From Xanthomonas campestris pv. campestris str. ATCC 33913 (GTDB taxonomy: Bacteria > Pseudomonadota > Gammaproteobacteria > Xanthomonadales > Xanthomonadaceae), in NCBI RefSeq assembly GCF_000007145.1, contig NC_003902.1:2756497-2788496 (forward strand): a DNA stretch of 32,000 nt. Direction: 5' to 3'. The notes below the pieces were generated by a model. The model searched no databases. It had not been told where the DNA came from and saw only the letters and a program-made list of their open reading frames with translations. Of this stretch, positions 1 to 7,923 are shown in pieces. Within the stretch, counting starts at the first letter, position 1; the number at the start of each line of letters is the position of its first letter. The translations under genes and the position numbers were made by a program.

Positions 1-929
1 ACGCGGTCGTTGAACATCGCCGCGGCCAGCGGGATGTAGCCGGAAGTGATGCCCTTGGCCAGGGTCATCACATCGGGCTGGAAACCGAAATACTCCGCGC
101 CGAACCAGGCACCGGTGCGGCCGAACCCGCAGATCACCTCGTCGGCCACCAGCAGTACGTCGTAGCGCCGGCAGATGCGTTCGATTTCCGGCCAGTAGCT
201 GCGCGGTGGGATGTAGACCCCGATCGCGCCCATGATCGGCTCACCGATAAAGGCCGCCACGGTGTCGGGCCCCAACTGCAGGATCTTCTCTTCCAGCCGG
301 CGCGCAGCGAGCAGACCGTAGTCGTCCGGGTCCATCTCGCCACCCTCGCCGAAATGATTGGGTGGCGCGATGTGCTCGATCCCCGGAATCGGCAACCCAC
401 CTTGCCGATGCATCCCGCGCATTCCGCCCAGACTGGCCCCACCCATGGTGGTGCCGTGGTAGCCATCGTGGCGGCCGATGAAGATGTGCTTCTGCGGCTG
501 CCCCTGCACCGCCCAGAAATGCCGCACCAGCCGCAGGATGGTGTCGTTGGCCTCCGAGCCGGAATTGGCAAAGAACGCATGATTCAAATCGCCCGGCGCC
601 AGCTCCGCCAACTTGGCAGCCAGGTGCACGGTGGGCTCGGTGGTGCATTGAAAGAAGCTGTTGTAGTACGCCAACTGCTCCATCTGCCGCGCCGCCGCCT
701 GCGCAAGCTCGGCCCGCCCATAGCCCAAGTTGACGCACCACAGCCCGGCAAACGCATCCAGCAACTTGTTGCCATCCGCATCCCACACATACACCCCCTC
801 GCCCCGCGTCAGGATGCGCGTGCCCTTGGAGGCCAGTGCCGCGTTGTCATTGAACGGATGCAGATGATGCGCAGCATCGAGTTGCTGCAGGGACCTGAGC
901 ACAGAAGGATCCACGACCCGCTCCGACAT
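1..929 (-). CDS. spuC: Class-III PLP aminotransferase, SpuC-like polyamine/putrescine:pyruvate aminotransferase. About 309 N-terminal codons are present; the 3' end runs off the window.
   Basis: Absent from the ORF track because the frame is open to position 1. My reverse-strand translation from the ATG at 929-927 gives MSERVVDPSVLRSLQQLDAAHHLHPFNDNAALASKGTRILTRGEGVYVWDADGNKLLDAFAGLWCVNLGYGR...FFANSGSEANDT...IGEPIMGAIGVYIPP...LLVADEVICGFGRTGAWFG...LAKGITSGYIP. These are the conserved omega-aminotransferase blocks, and they match my recollection of P. aeruginosa SpuC closely. The gene lies downstream of spuA/spuB-like genes on the same strand. Confidence 0.9.
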   Translation of the reverse strand, partial: MSERVVDPSVLRSLQQLDAAHHLHPFNDNAALASKGTRILTRGEGVYVWDADGNKLLDAFAGLWCVNLGYGRAELAQAAARQMEQLAYYNSFFQCTTEPTVHLAAKLAELAPGDLNHAFFANSGSEANDTILRLVRHFWAVQGQPQKHIFIGRHDGYHGTTMGGASLGGMRGMHRQGGLPIPGIEHIAPPNHFGEGGEMDPDDYGLLAARRLEEKILQLGPDTVAAFIGEPIMGAIGVYIPPRSYWPEIERICRRYDVLLVADEVICGFGRTGAWFGAEYFGFQPDVMTLAKGITSGYIPLAAAMFNDR

Positions 930-1008
930 GAGAAACAACGAGCATACCCGCGCACTGTTGCCATGCCGTGGATGGAGCGCACAGGCATGCATGGCGACAC
1001 AAGAACTA

Positions 1009-1150
1009 CCTTGCCCTGCTTTGCCTTGCCTTGCCCTGCTTTGCCTTGCCTTGCCTTGCTTTGCTCTGTGCCTGCTGCGCTCTGCTTGCTCTGCTTTGCA
1101 CGGCTCTGCGCTGCGCTGCCCTGCTCTGCGCTTTACCCTGCTCTGCTCAC
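1009..1150. repeat. A-depleted C/T/G tandem repeat: a 20-bp unit repeated three times, followed by degenerate CTG-rich copies.
   Basis: The unit ccttgccctgctttgccttg occurs at 1009-1028 and 1029-1048. A variant, ccttgccttgctttgctctg, occupies 1049-1068. Decaying ctgc/ctctgc repeats then continue to about 1150. I count only three A residues on the + strand across 1009-1150. Confidence 0.85.
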
Positions 1151-1227
1151 GCTCTTCCGGGGCCCCATACCGCAGCGGCAAGGCCGGCAGATACAACCCG
1201 CAGGGCGGCGCGCATGGATGCGCGACG

Positions 1228-1261
1228 TTTTTGTAAGGGACATGGATGTCCCTTACAAAAA
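1228..1261. repeat. Perfect 16-bp inverted repeat (palindromic stem-loop).
   Basis: tttttgtaagggacat (1228-1243), gg, atgtcccttacaaaaa (1246-1261). The two arms are exact reverse complements, and the T5/A5 runs form the outer ends of the stem. Confidence 0.9.
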
Positions 1262-1333
1262 TTTCTGCCGGACTTGCGCACCCGTCGCGCGCAGCGCGTC
1301 GGGCGCGAGGACGGGGTGTGTTTCTTTGGTTAC

Positions 1334-1377
1334 CTTTCTTTGCACAAGCAAAGAAAGTAACTCGCGCCCGAAGGGCG
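1334..1377. repeat. Pair of short stem-loops, part of a REP/MITE-like intergenic element.
   Basis: First hairpin: ctttctttgc (1334-1343), acaa, gcaaagaaag (1348-1357), a 10-bp perfect stem. Second hairpin: cgccc (1365-1369), gaa, gggcg (1373-1377). No coding signal is present; third-position GC is low. Confidence 0.7.
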
Positions 1378-1495
1378 TGAAAGCCCTGCTTCCTGTTTCA
1401 TCTTGCATCAAGGAAAGCACGCGCGCGCGGGGACCACGTACAAAAAGCACAGAAAAACGCACTCACTTCACCACCAAGCAACCGGCCAACCAACC

Positions 1496-2881
1496 TCACA
1501 CATTCAACAACAAGAACTCCCGCTCCCACGAACTGATCACCCGGAAAAACGTCTCGTATTCTTTCCGCTTCACAGAAATATAGGCCCGCACAAACCGCGG
1601 CCCCAACATCTCCTTCAACGCCTCACACCCCTCCAACTCATCCAACGCCTCCCCCAACGACCGCGGCAAATCGTAGCCCTGCTCCTTGCCGTTGCTGCTG
1701 ATCGGCGCGGTCGGCTCCAGCTTCTCGCGGATGCCCAGGAGCCCGCATGCCAAAGTCGCTGCCATCGCCAGGTACGGGTTGGCATCGGAGCCTGCAAACC
1801 GGCTCTCCACCCGCATGTTCTGCGGCGCATCGATCGGCACCCGCAACCCGCAGGTGCGGTTGTCGAAGCCCCACAGCACATTGCTTGGCGAGACCTCGCC
1901 GAACATCAGCCGCCGGTACGAATTGACGTTGGGCGCCAGCAGCCCCATCGCCATCGGAATGTATTTCTGCAGCCCGCCCAGATAATGCGCAAAGGTGTCG
2001 CTGAAGCCGCCCTCGCGCTTGCCGCTGAACACGTTCTTGCCGGTGCCGGCATGCAACAGGCTCTGATGGATATGCATCGCACTGCCGGGCTCGGTCTCCA
2101 TCGGTTTGGCCAGGAAGGTGGCATACACGCCGTGCCGCAGCGCCGCCTCGCGCATGGTGCGTTTGAACAGGAACACCTGGTCGGCGCGCGACAACGCATC
2201 GGCGTGGGTGAAATTGACTTCCAGCTGCGCGGCGCCGGATTCGTGGATCAAGGTATCCACGTCCAGCTCCATCGCATCGCAATAGTCGTACATCAGATCC
2301 AGGATCGGGTCGAACTCGTTCACCGCATCGATCGAATACGACTGCCGTGCGGTTTCCGGGCGCCCGGAGCGCCCTGCCGGCGGCAGCAGCGGAAAATCCG
2401 GGTCGGTGTTTTTCTGCACCAGAAAAAATTCCAGTTCCGGCGCCACCACCGGCTGCAACTTGACCTCGGCATAGGCCTCGAGCACGCGGCGCAGCACGTT
2501 GCGCGGCGCCAGTTCGTGCGGCTGCCCGTCCTTGGTGTAGCAATCGTGGATGACCTGCGCGGTGGGATCGGCGGCCCACGGCACCATGCGCACGGTGGAG
2601 GCATCCGGGCGCAGGTGCATGTCCGAATCCGATGGCGAGGTCAGCGCGTAGTAATCGTCCGGAAAATCGCCGGTGACCGTGGTGGCGAAGATGCCTTCGG
2701 GCAGGCGCGTGCCGTAGTCATGGGAGAACTTGTCGGCTGGAATGATCTTGCCGCGCGCATTGCCGGTGATGTCTGGCACCAGGCACTCCACTTCGGTGAT
2801 GTGGCGCTCCTTGAGCCAACGGCGCAGCGCGCTCTCCGGCTGCTTGGGCGTGGACTTGCGCGAACGTGTACGGATCGACAT
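1496..2881 (-). CDS. spuB: Glutamine synthetase family protein, gamma-glutamylpolyamine (glutamate-putrescine) ligase type (PuuA/SpuB/PauA2-like).
   Basis: 461-aa ORF containing GS catalytic-domain blocks: VAPELEFFL, AAQLEVNF, KPMETEPGSAMHIHQSL, NVNSYRRL, WGFDNRTCGLRV, ESRFAGSDANPYLA. Its start lies 6 bp after the stop of the amidotransferase gene. The symbol is assigned by synteny with the P. aeruginosa spuA-spuB-spuC order. Confidence 0.88.
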   Translation of the reverse strand: MSIRTRSRKSTPKQPESALRRWLKERHITEVECLVPDITGNARGKIIPADKFSHDYGTRLPEGIFATTVTGDFPDDYYALTSPSDSDMHLRPDASTVRMVPWAADPTAQVIHDCYTKDGQPHELAPRNVLRRVLEAYAEVKLQPVVAPELEFFLVQKNTDPDFPLLPPAGRSGRPETARQSYSIDAVNEFDPILDLMYDYCDAMELDVDTLIHESGAAQLEVNFTHADALSRADQVFLFKRTMREAALRHGVYATFLAKPMETEPGSAMHIHQSLLHAGTGKNVFSGKREGGFSDTFAHYLGGLQKYIPMAMGLLAPNVNSYRRLMFGEVSPSNVLWGFDNRTCGLRVPIDAPQNMRVESRFAGSDANPYLAMAATLACGLLGIREKLEPTAPISSNGKEQGYDLPRSLGEALDELEGCEALKEMLGPRFVRAYISVKRKEYETFFRVISSWEREFLLLNV

Positions 2882-2887
2882 GCGAGC

Positions 2888-3643
2888 TCACTTTCCGCGC
2901 TGGGCGGCGTACTGGCGACAGGCCTCGCCAAAGGCCTGGAAGATGGCACGGTAGAACGGATGCTGTGTGACACGCCACTCCGGATGCCACTGCACCGCAA
3001 GCAGAAACCCCGGGCCAGGGCCGCGAAAGGCCTCGATCAGGCCGTCCGGCGCGGTGGCTTCCACCAGCAGCCCCGCGGCCAGCGTGGCGATGCCTTGCCC
3101 ATGCAGCGAGTTCACCTGCACCTGCGCGGTGTCGCTCATGCCGGCCAGCCAACCGCCCGGCTGCAGCTGCACCGGATGCGCGGGGCCGTATTGGATGTCC
3201 AGCGGCGCGCTGCGGTCTTCGCGATGGTCCGCCAGGCCCGGCACTTCGTGCACGCGCTGGTGCAGGCGCCCGCCGAGCGCGACGTTGACCTCCTGCAGCC
3301 CGCGGCAGATGGCCAGCACCGGCAGGCCGCGCGCCAGTGCCTGCGGGATCAACGCCAAGCTGGTGGCATCGCGCGCGGGATCGTGCGGGTTGCCCTCCCA
3401 ACTGGGTTCGTCGCTGTAGTGATGCGGTTCCACATTGCTGACCGCCCCGGTCAACAGCAGGCCGTCGAGCCGCTGCAGCCAGGCGCCGGCATCCAGCGGC
3501 GGTTGCAGGCTGGGCAACAGCACCGGCTGTGCACCGGCCGCTTCCACCACCGCGCGCACGTACTTCTCGCCCGCTGCCAGGAACGGATGCGGCCCGTGCA
3601 GGCTGCGGTCGGTCGGCAACCCGACCAGGGGAACCATGGTCAT
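2888..3643 (-). CDS. spuA: Gamma-glutamyl-gamma-aminobutyrate hydrolase, class-I glutamine amidotransferase, peptidase C26 (PuuD/SpuA-like).
   Basis: ORF 2888..3712. I trimmed the start to the internal ATG at 3643 (MTMVPLVGLPTD...) because the 23 upstream codons (MRARGGNAPGG...) look non-coding. Family motifs present: LLLTGAVSNVEP, LPVLAICRGLQEVNVALGG (nucleophile Cys), VNSLHGQGI, LAVQWHPEW. Confidence 0.88.
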   Translation of the reverse strand: MTMVPLVGLPTDRSLHGPHPFLAAGEKYVRAVVEAAGAQPVLLPSLQPPLDAGAWLQRLDGLLLTGAVSNVEPHHYSDEPSWEGNPHDPARDATSLALIPQALARGLPVLAICRGLQEVNVALGGRLHQRVHEVPGLADHREDRSAPLDIQYGPAHPVQLQPGGWLAGMSDTAQVQVNSLHGQGIATLAAGLLVEATAPDGLIEAFRGPGPGFLLAVQWHPEWRVTQHPFYRAIFQAFGEACRQYAAQRGK

Positions 3644-3708
3644 CAACGCACTCCGCTGGCGGTCCTTAGAACTTAGCGCGCCGCCCGGTGCATTGCCACC
3701 GCGCGCAC

Positions 3709-3722
3709 GCAACTCCTGCGCC
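3709..3722 (-). promoter_or_regulatory. Weak sigma-54-like -24/-12 element upstream of the spuA-like gene.
   Basis: The minus strand reads GGCGCAGGAGTTGC. The GG and GC have the spacing of the TGGCAC-N5-TTGC consensus, and the TTGC core is intact. It lies about 65 nt upstream of the ATG at 3643. This is a pattern match only, and chance GG-N10-GC matches are common in GC-rich DNA. Confidence 0.2.
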
Positions 3723-3772
3723 TGCTCACGCCTGCTTTGCTACGCTGGCCCGCGATTCCACAGGTGTGGCCC

Positions 3773-5152
3773 ATGGCAACCGAAACCCGTGTCGCGTCCC
3801 TGCCCAGCATCGATGCCGCCGCCCTGGCCGCGATCGAGGGCTGTGCGCTGGTGGACCTGCTGCTGCCCGATACCAACGGCGTGTTGCGCGGCAAGCGTGT
3901 CACCCGAGAGGCGCTCGACAAGGTCTACCGCGACGGCGTGTGCCTGCCGATGTCGCTGATCGCCACCGACATCACCGGCAATACGGTGGAAGAAACCGGC
4001 CTGGGCTACGCCATTGGCGATGCCGATCGCATCTGCCGCCCGATCGCCGGCTCGCTCCGCCCGGTGCCATGGGCGCCGCAACCGATGGCGCAGCTGTTGC
4101 TGGCAATGCACACCCCCAACGGTGCCTTGTTCGAGGTCGCGCCGCGCGCGGTGCTGCAGCGCGTGGTGCAAGGATTCGCCGCGCTGGGCCTGACGCCGGT
4201 GATCGCCGTGGAGCTGGAGTTCTACCTGTTCGACGCCATGGCCGATGCCCAGGGCCGTCCGCAGACGCCGCGCGATGCACACACCGGCGAGCGCAACACC
4301 AGCACCCAGGTGTATGCATTGCAGGATCTGGACGACCACCGCAGCTTCACCGATGCCGTCACTGCGGCGTGCCGGCAGCAAGGCATTCCGGCCGATACCG
4401 CGGTGGCCGAATACGCGCCCGGGCAGTTCGAGATCAACCTGCAGCACCGCGCCGATGCGGTGGCCGCATGCGACGAGGCGCTGCTGCTCAAGCGCACCAT
4501 CAAGGCGATCGCGCAGCAGCAACACCTGTTGGCCAGTTTCATGGCCAAGCCATTCGCCGGCCAGGCCGGCAGCGGGCTGCACGTGCACGTCAGCCTGCTC
4601 GATGCCGCCGGCCACAACGTGCTGCACGGCACAGCAGATGCGCCGGCCGCCGCCCTGCGCCATGCCATTGCCGGGTTGCAACGGCATGCGGACGCATCGC
4701 TGCTGCTGTTCGCGCCGCATGCCAACAGTTACCGCCGTTTCGTGCCGAATGCGTTCGTGCCGCTGGACGCCAGCTGGGGCTTCAACAACCGCACCGTGGC
4801 CTTGCGCATCCCGCACAGCGATGCGCACAACACCCGTATCGAACACCGCATCGCCGGCGCCGATGCCAACCCCTACCTGGTGGCGGCGGCCGTGTTGGCC
4901 GCGATGCTGGACGGCTTGCAGCACCCCGGCGACCCCACCGCCCCGGTGCAGGGCAACGCCTACGCGCAGGCGACCTTCACCCCGCGCACCTGGCAGGGTG
5001 CGGTGGATGCGTTCCTGCGCAGCGACTTCATCGCCACCCAATTGGGCACGCAGTTCCAGCATGTGTTCGGCCAGCAGAAGCAGCGCGAGCTGCTCGACTA
5101 TCAGGCGCTGGTGCCGGACCTGGACTACGCCCGGTATCTGCGGACGGTCTGA
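3773..5152 (+). CDS. spuI: Second glutamine synthetase family protein (gamma-glutamylpolyamine synthetase, SpuI/PauA1-like), divergent from spuA.
   Basis: ORF 3737..5152, with the start moved to the ATG at 3773 (MATETRVASLPS...). GS blocks present: IAVELEFYLF, PGQFEINL, KPFAGQAGSGLHVHVSL, NSYRRF, WGFNNRTVALRIP, EHRIAGADANPYL. The divergent position next to spuA matches the Pseudomonas arrangement. Confidence 0.85.
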   Translation: MATETRVASLPSIDAAALAAIEGCALVDLLLPDTNGVLRGKRVTREALDKVYRDGVCLPMSLIATDITGNTVEETGLGYAIGDADRICRPIAGSLRPVPWAPQPMAQLLLAMHTPNGALFEVAPRAVLQRVVQGFAALGLTPVIAVELEFYLFDAMADAQGRPQTPRDAHTGERNTSTQVYALQDLDDHRSFTDAVTAACRQQGIPADTAVAEYAPGQFEINLQHRADAVAACDEALLLKRTIKAIAQQQHLLASFMAKPFAGQAGSGLHVHVSLLDAAGHNVLHGTADAPAAALRHAIAGLQRHADASLLLFAPHANSYRRFVPNAFVPLDASWGFNNRTVALRIPHSDAHNTRIEHRIAGADANPYLVAAAVLAAMLDGLQHPGDPTAPVQGNAYAQATFTPRTWQGAVDAFLRSDFIATQLGTQFQHVFGQQKQRELLDYQALVPDLDYARYLRTV

Positions 5153-6465
5153 TGGCCACCGCCTTGCCCGCCGGCTCGACCGACGCACCGGGCAACGGGT
5201 ATCCCGACAGCTGGTATGCGCGCAGCACGCCGCCCTTGCCTGCGCAGGCGCCGCTGCACGGTGCGCAGCGCAGCGATGTCTGCGTGCTCGGCGCCGGCTA
5301 CACCGGGCTCACCGCGGCGCTGGCGCTGGCCGAGGCCGGCTACCAGGTCACCGTGCTGGAGGCCCGGCGGATTGGCTGGGGCGCCTCCGGGCGCAACGGC
5401 GGCCAGGCCATCGTGGGCTATGGCTGCGAACAGGACACGCTGGAAGCGCTGGTCGGCGACCGCGATGCACGCCTGCTGTTCGACTATTCGCGCGATGGCA
5501 TGCGGCTGCTGCGCGAACGCATCGCGCGCCACGGCATTGCCTGCGATTGGCGCGACGGCCACGCGCACGTGCCGTTGAAGCCACGCCAGGTGCAGGCCCT
5601 GCAGCGCGGCATCGTGCGCATGGCCGAACGCTATGACTATCCACTGCAGTGGTGGGACCGCAGCCAACTGCGTGCGGAGCTGGACAGCCCGCTCTATCTC
5701 GGCGCCATGTTCGACCCGGCCAGCGGGCACCTGCAGCCGCTGGCCTATGCGCTGGGGCTGGCCCGCGCAGCGCTGGCCGCCGGTGTGCGCATCTACGAGC
5801 ACAGCGCGGTGACGCGGGTGCAACAGGGCGAGCGAGTCGTGCTGCACACCGACCAGGGCAGCGTCTCGGCGGAGTTCGGTGTGCTTGCCGGCAACGCGCT
5901 GCTGCGCGGCGTCGCCGCACCGCTGGAGCGCCGCATCATGCCGGTGGGCACCTACGTCGGTGCCACCCCGCCGCTGGGCGCGGCGCGGGCCCGCCGCCTG
6001 ATCCGCAACGACATGGCGGTGGCGGATACCAACTGGGCCCTGGACTACTACCGGCTCAGTGCCGACCACCGGCTGCTGTTCGGCGGGCGGGCCAGCTATT
6101 CGTCGCTGCCCCCGCCGGGGCTGGCGCGGCTGATGACCCGCCGCATGCACACCGTATTCCCGCAACTGCGCGACGTGCCGCTGGAAACAGTCTGGGGCGG
6201 CTACGTGGACATCTCGGCCAACCGGGCGCCGCACTGGGGCCGGCTGGCCCCGAACCTGTATTTCGCACAGGGCTTTTCCGGCCACGGGGTAGCTGCCACC
6301 GGGCTGGCCGGCCAGGTCATCGCCGAGGCCATCACCGGCCAGAGCCAGCGCCTGGACGTGTTCGCCCGCATTCCGCACGCGCCCTTTCCCGGCGGCCGGC
6401 TGCTGCGTACCCCGCTGCTGATGGCGGCGATGAGCTGGTACCGGCTGCGCGATGCGCTGTGGTGA
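5152..6465 (+). CDS. FAD-dependent oxidoreductase of the DAO family, gamma-glutamylputrescine oxidase-like (PuuB/PauB-like).
   Basis: This is the C-terminal 437 codons of track ORF 3688..6465; the upstream part of that frame is a shadow of the GS gene. The ATG at 5152 shares one base with the TGA (5150-5152) of the preceding gene. There is an N-terminal Rossmann FAD motif, DVCVLGAGYTGLTAALALAEAGYQVTVLEA...GASGRNGG, and a C-terminal FSGHGVA motif. Confidence 0.85.
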   Translation: MATALPAGSTDAPGNGYPDSWYARSTPPLPAQAPLHGAQRSDVCVLGAGYTGLTAALALAEAGYQVTVLEARRIGWGASGRNGGQAIVGYGCEQDTLEALVGDRDARLLFDYSRDGMRLLRERIARHGIACDWRDGHAHVPLKPRQVQALQRGIVRMAERYDYPLQWWDRSQLRAELDSPLYLGAMFDPASGHLQPLAYALGLARAALAAGVRIYEHSAVTRVQQGERVVLHTDQGSVSAEFGVLAGNALLRGVAAPLERRIMPVGTYVGATPPLGAARARRLIRNDMAVADTNWALDYYRLSADHRLLFGGRASYSSLPPPGLARLMTRRMHTVFPQLRDVPLETVWGGYVDISANRAPHWGRLAPNLYFAQGFSGHGVAATGLAGQVIAEAITGQSQRLDVFARIPHAPFPGGRLLRTPLLMAAMSWYRLRDALW

Positions 6466-6539
6466 GTGCGACGCAGTGCTCAAGTTCTGCCGAACCGAGC
6501 CGTTAGCTGACCTGACGGTTCGATCCAGACGGCTGACCG

Positions 6540-7838
6540 ATGTCCCCAGGCACCCTACATCGCAACAGTGAAAGCGAAGTCCTGCCGCAGCGCGTGCTGC
6601 TGGTGGAGAACTCGCGCACGTTCACCAGCATGCTGCGCGAGGCCATCGAGCAACGCGTGGAGCTGCCGGTCACGGTCGTATCGACCCTGGCCGAAGCCGC
6701 GCGCGTGCTGGACGAAGAAAGTGGCTGGTTCCTGGTCTTGACCGGACTGGTGCTGGTGGACGGCGACCGCGACAAGGTGGTGGAGTTCTTCCTCTCGCGC
6801 AACCTGCCCACCGTGGTGGTCAGTGGCGTCTACGACGAAGACCTGCGCCAGCGCGTGCTGCAACAGCAGATCATCGATTACGTCCTCAAGAACGCGCCAG
6901 GCAGCATCGAATACCTCGCCTGGCTGGTGCAGCGTCTGGAGCGCAACCGCCGCATTGGCGCGCTGGTGGTGGACGACTCGTTGTCTGCACGCACCTATGC
7001 TGCGGCGTTGTTGTCGATGTATGGCTACCGCGTGGTGCTGGCTGCCGACGGCGCTGCCGGGCTGCAGGCGATCGAACGCGACCCCGGCATCCGCCTGACC
7101 ATCGTCGACCAGGAAATGCCCGGCATGGAAGGGGTGGAATTCACCCGCCGGCTGCGTGCGATCCGCTCGCGCGACAAGGTGGCGGTGATCGGCATCTCCG
7201 GCAACAGCGATTCGTCGCTGATCCCGCGTTTTCTCAAGAACGGCGCCAATGACTTCCTGCGCAAGCCGTTCTCGCGCGAAGAATTCTTCTGCCGCGTCTC
7301 GCAGAACGTGGACCAGCTGGAGCTGATCGGCACGCTGCAGGACCTGGCCACCCGTGACTTCCTCACCGGCCTGCCCAACAGGCGCTATTTCCTGGAGCAG
7401 AGCCAGCGGGTGATTCCCAAGTTGCTCTCGGAAGACCAGACCGTCACCGCGGCGATGCTGGATATCGACCACTTCAAGCACATCAACGACACCTGGGGCC
7501 ATGAAGCCGGCGACCAGGCGCTGCGTGCGGTGGCAGCCTCGGTGTCCGGGCACGCCCGCCCGCAGGATCTGGTGGCCCGCTTCGGCGGGGAAGAATTCTG
7601 CCTGCTGGTTCCGGGGCTGGATGCCGCCAACGCCACGGGTTATTTCGAAACCTTGCGCGAGCGCATCAGTGCCCTGCGCGTGCGTATCGGCGACGAGACG
7701 CTGAGCATGACCGTGAGCATCGGCGTGTGCATCGCCACCCAGCGCGACCAGTCGCTGCATCACCTGCTGGGCGAAGCAGACAAATACCTCTACCTGGCCA
7801 AGGCCGGCGGCCGCAACCAGGTGCGCCTGGCCAGCTGA
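6540..7838 (+). CDS. Response-regulator diguanylate cyclase with a REC-REC-GGDEF (PleD-like) architecture.
   Basis: 432 aa. The second receiver is canonical: LVVDDS, acceptor TIVD at 7107-7109, ISG, KPF. The first receiver (aa ~19-128) is atypical: VEN replaces DD and KNAP replaces KP. The GGDEF domain carries an active-site GGEEF (7584-7598) and an RxxD I-site, RPQD (7557-7568), exactly 5 residues upstream. Confidence 0.9.
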   Translation: MSPGTLHRNSESEVLPQRVLLVENSRTFTSMLREAIEQRVELPVTVVSTLAEAARVLDEESGWFLVLTGLVLVDGDRDKVVEFFLSRNLPTVVVSGVYDEDLRQRVLQQQIIDYVLKNAPGSIEYLAWLVQRLERNRRIGALVVDDSLSARTYAAALLSMYGYRVVLAADGAAGLQAIERDPGIRLTIVDQEMPGMEGVEFTRRLRAIRSRDKVAVIGISGNSDSSLIPRFLKNGANDFLRKPFSREEFFCRVSQNVDQLELIGTLQDLATRDFLTGLPNRRYFLEQSQRVIPKLLSEDQTVTAAMLDIDHFKHINDTWGHEAGDQALRAVAASVSGHARPQDLVARFGGEEFCLLVPGLDAANATGYFETLRERISALRVRIGDETLSMTVSIGVCIATQRDQSLHHLLGEADKYLYLAKAGGRNQVRLAS

Positions 7839-7923
7839 GCCGCAGCGCTGGCTTGATCCAGATCAACGCGCATGGCGCGCGTGATGCCTATCGTGCGCCC
7901 ATCGCATGGGGCAAGGCATATCG

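Noticed and set aside
1403-3676. Very long ORFs antisense to or out of frame with the annotated genes. Examples: 1403..3676 (+, 757 aa), 3740..5188 (-), 5125..6483 (-), 6555..7763 (-), 10771..13293 (+, 840 aa), 13290..14411 (+), 14098..15690 (-), 14424..15797 (+), 19019..20215 (-), 21583..22992 (-), 23311..25248 (-, 645 aa), 26502..27557 (-).
   Set aside because: These are typical high-GC shadow ORFs. Their translations are Arg/Ala/Gly/His/Gln-rich with no recognisable motifs. Each lies opposite a frame carrying unmistakable conserved-family motifs and GC-rich third positions.
3688-6465. Listed 5' extensions of real genes: the 925-aa ORF 3688..6465, and the starts at 3712, 3737, 7906, 13314, 15911, 17504, 19136, 20566 and 28427.
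   Set aside because: The upstream portions have non-coding-like third-position composition or lie in the neighbouring gene or a REP element. Internal ATGs give N-termini typical of the families, often with a Shine-Dalgarno sequence or stop/start coupling.
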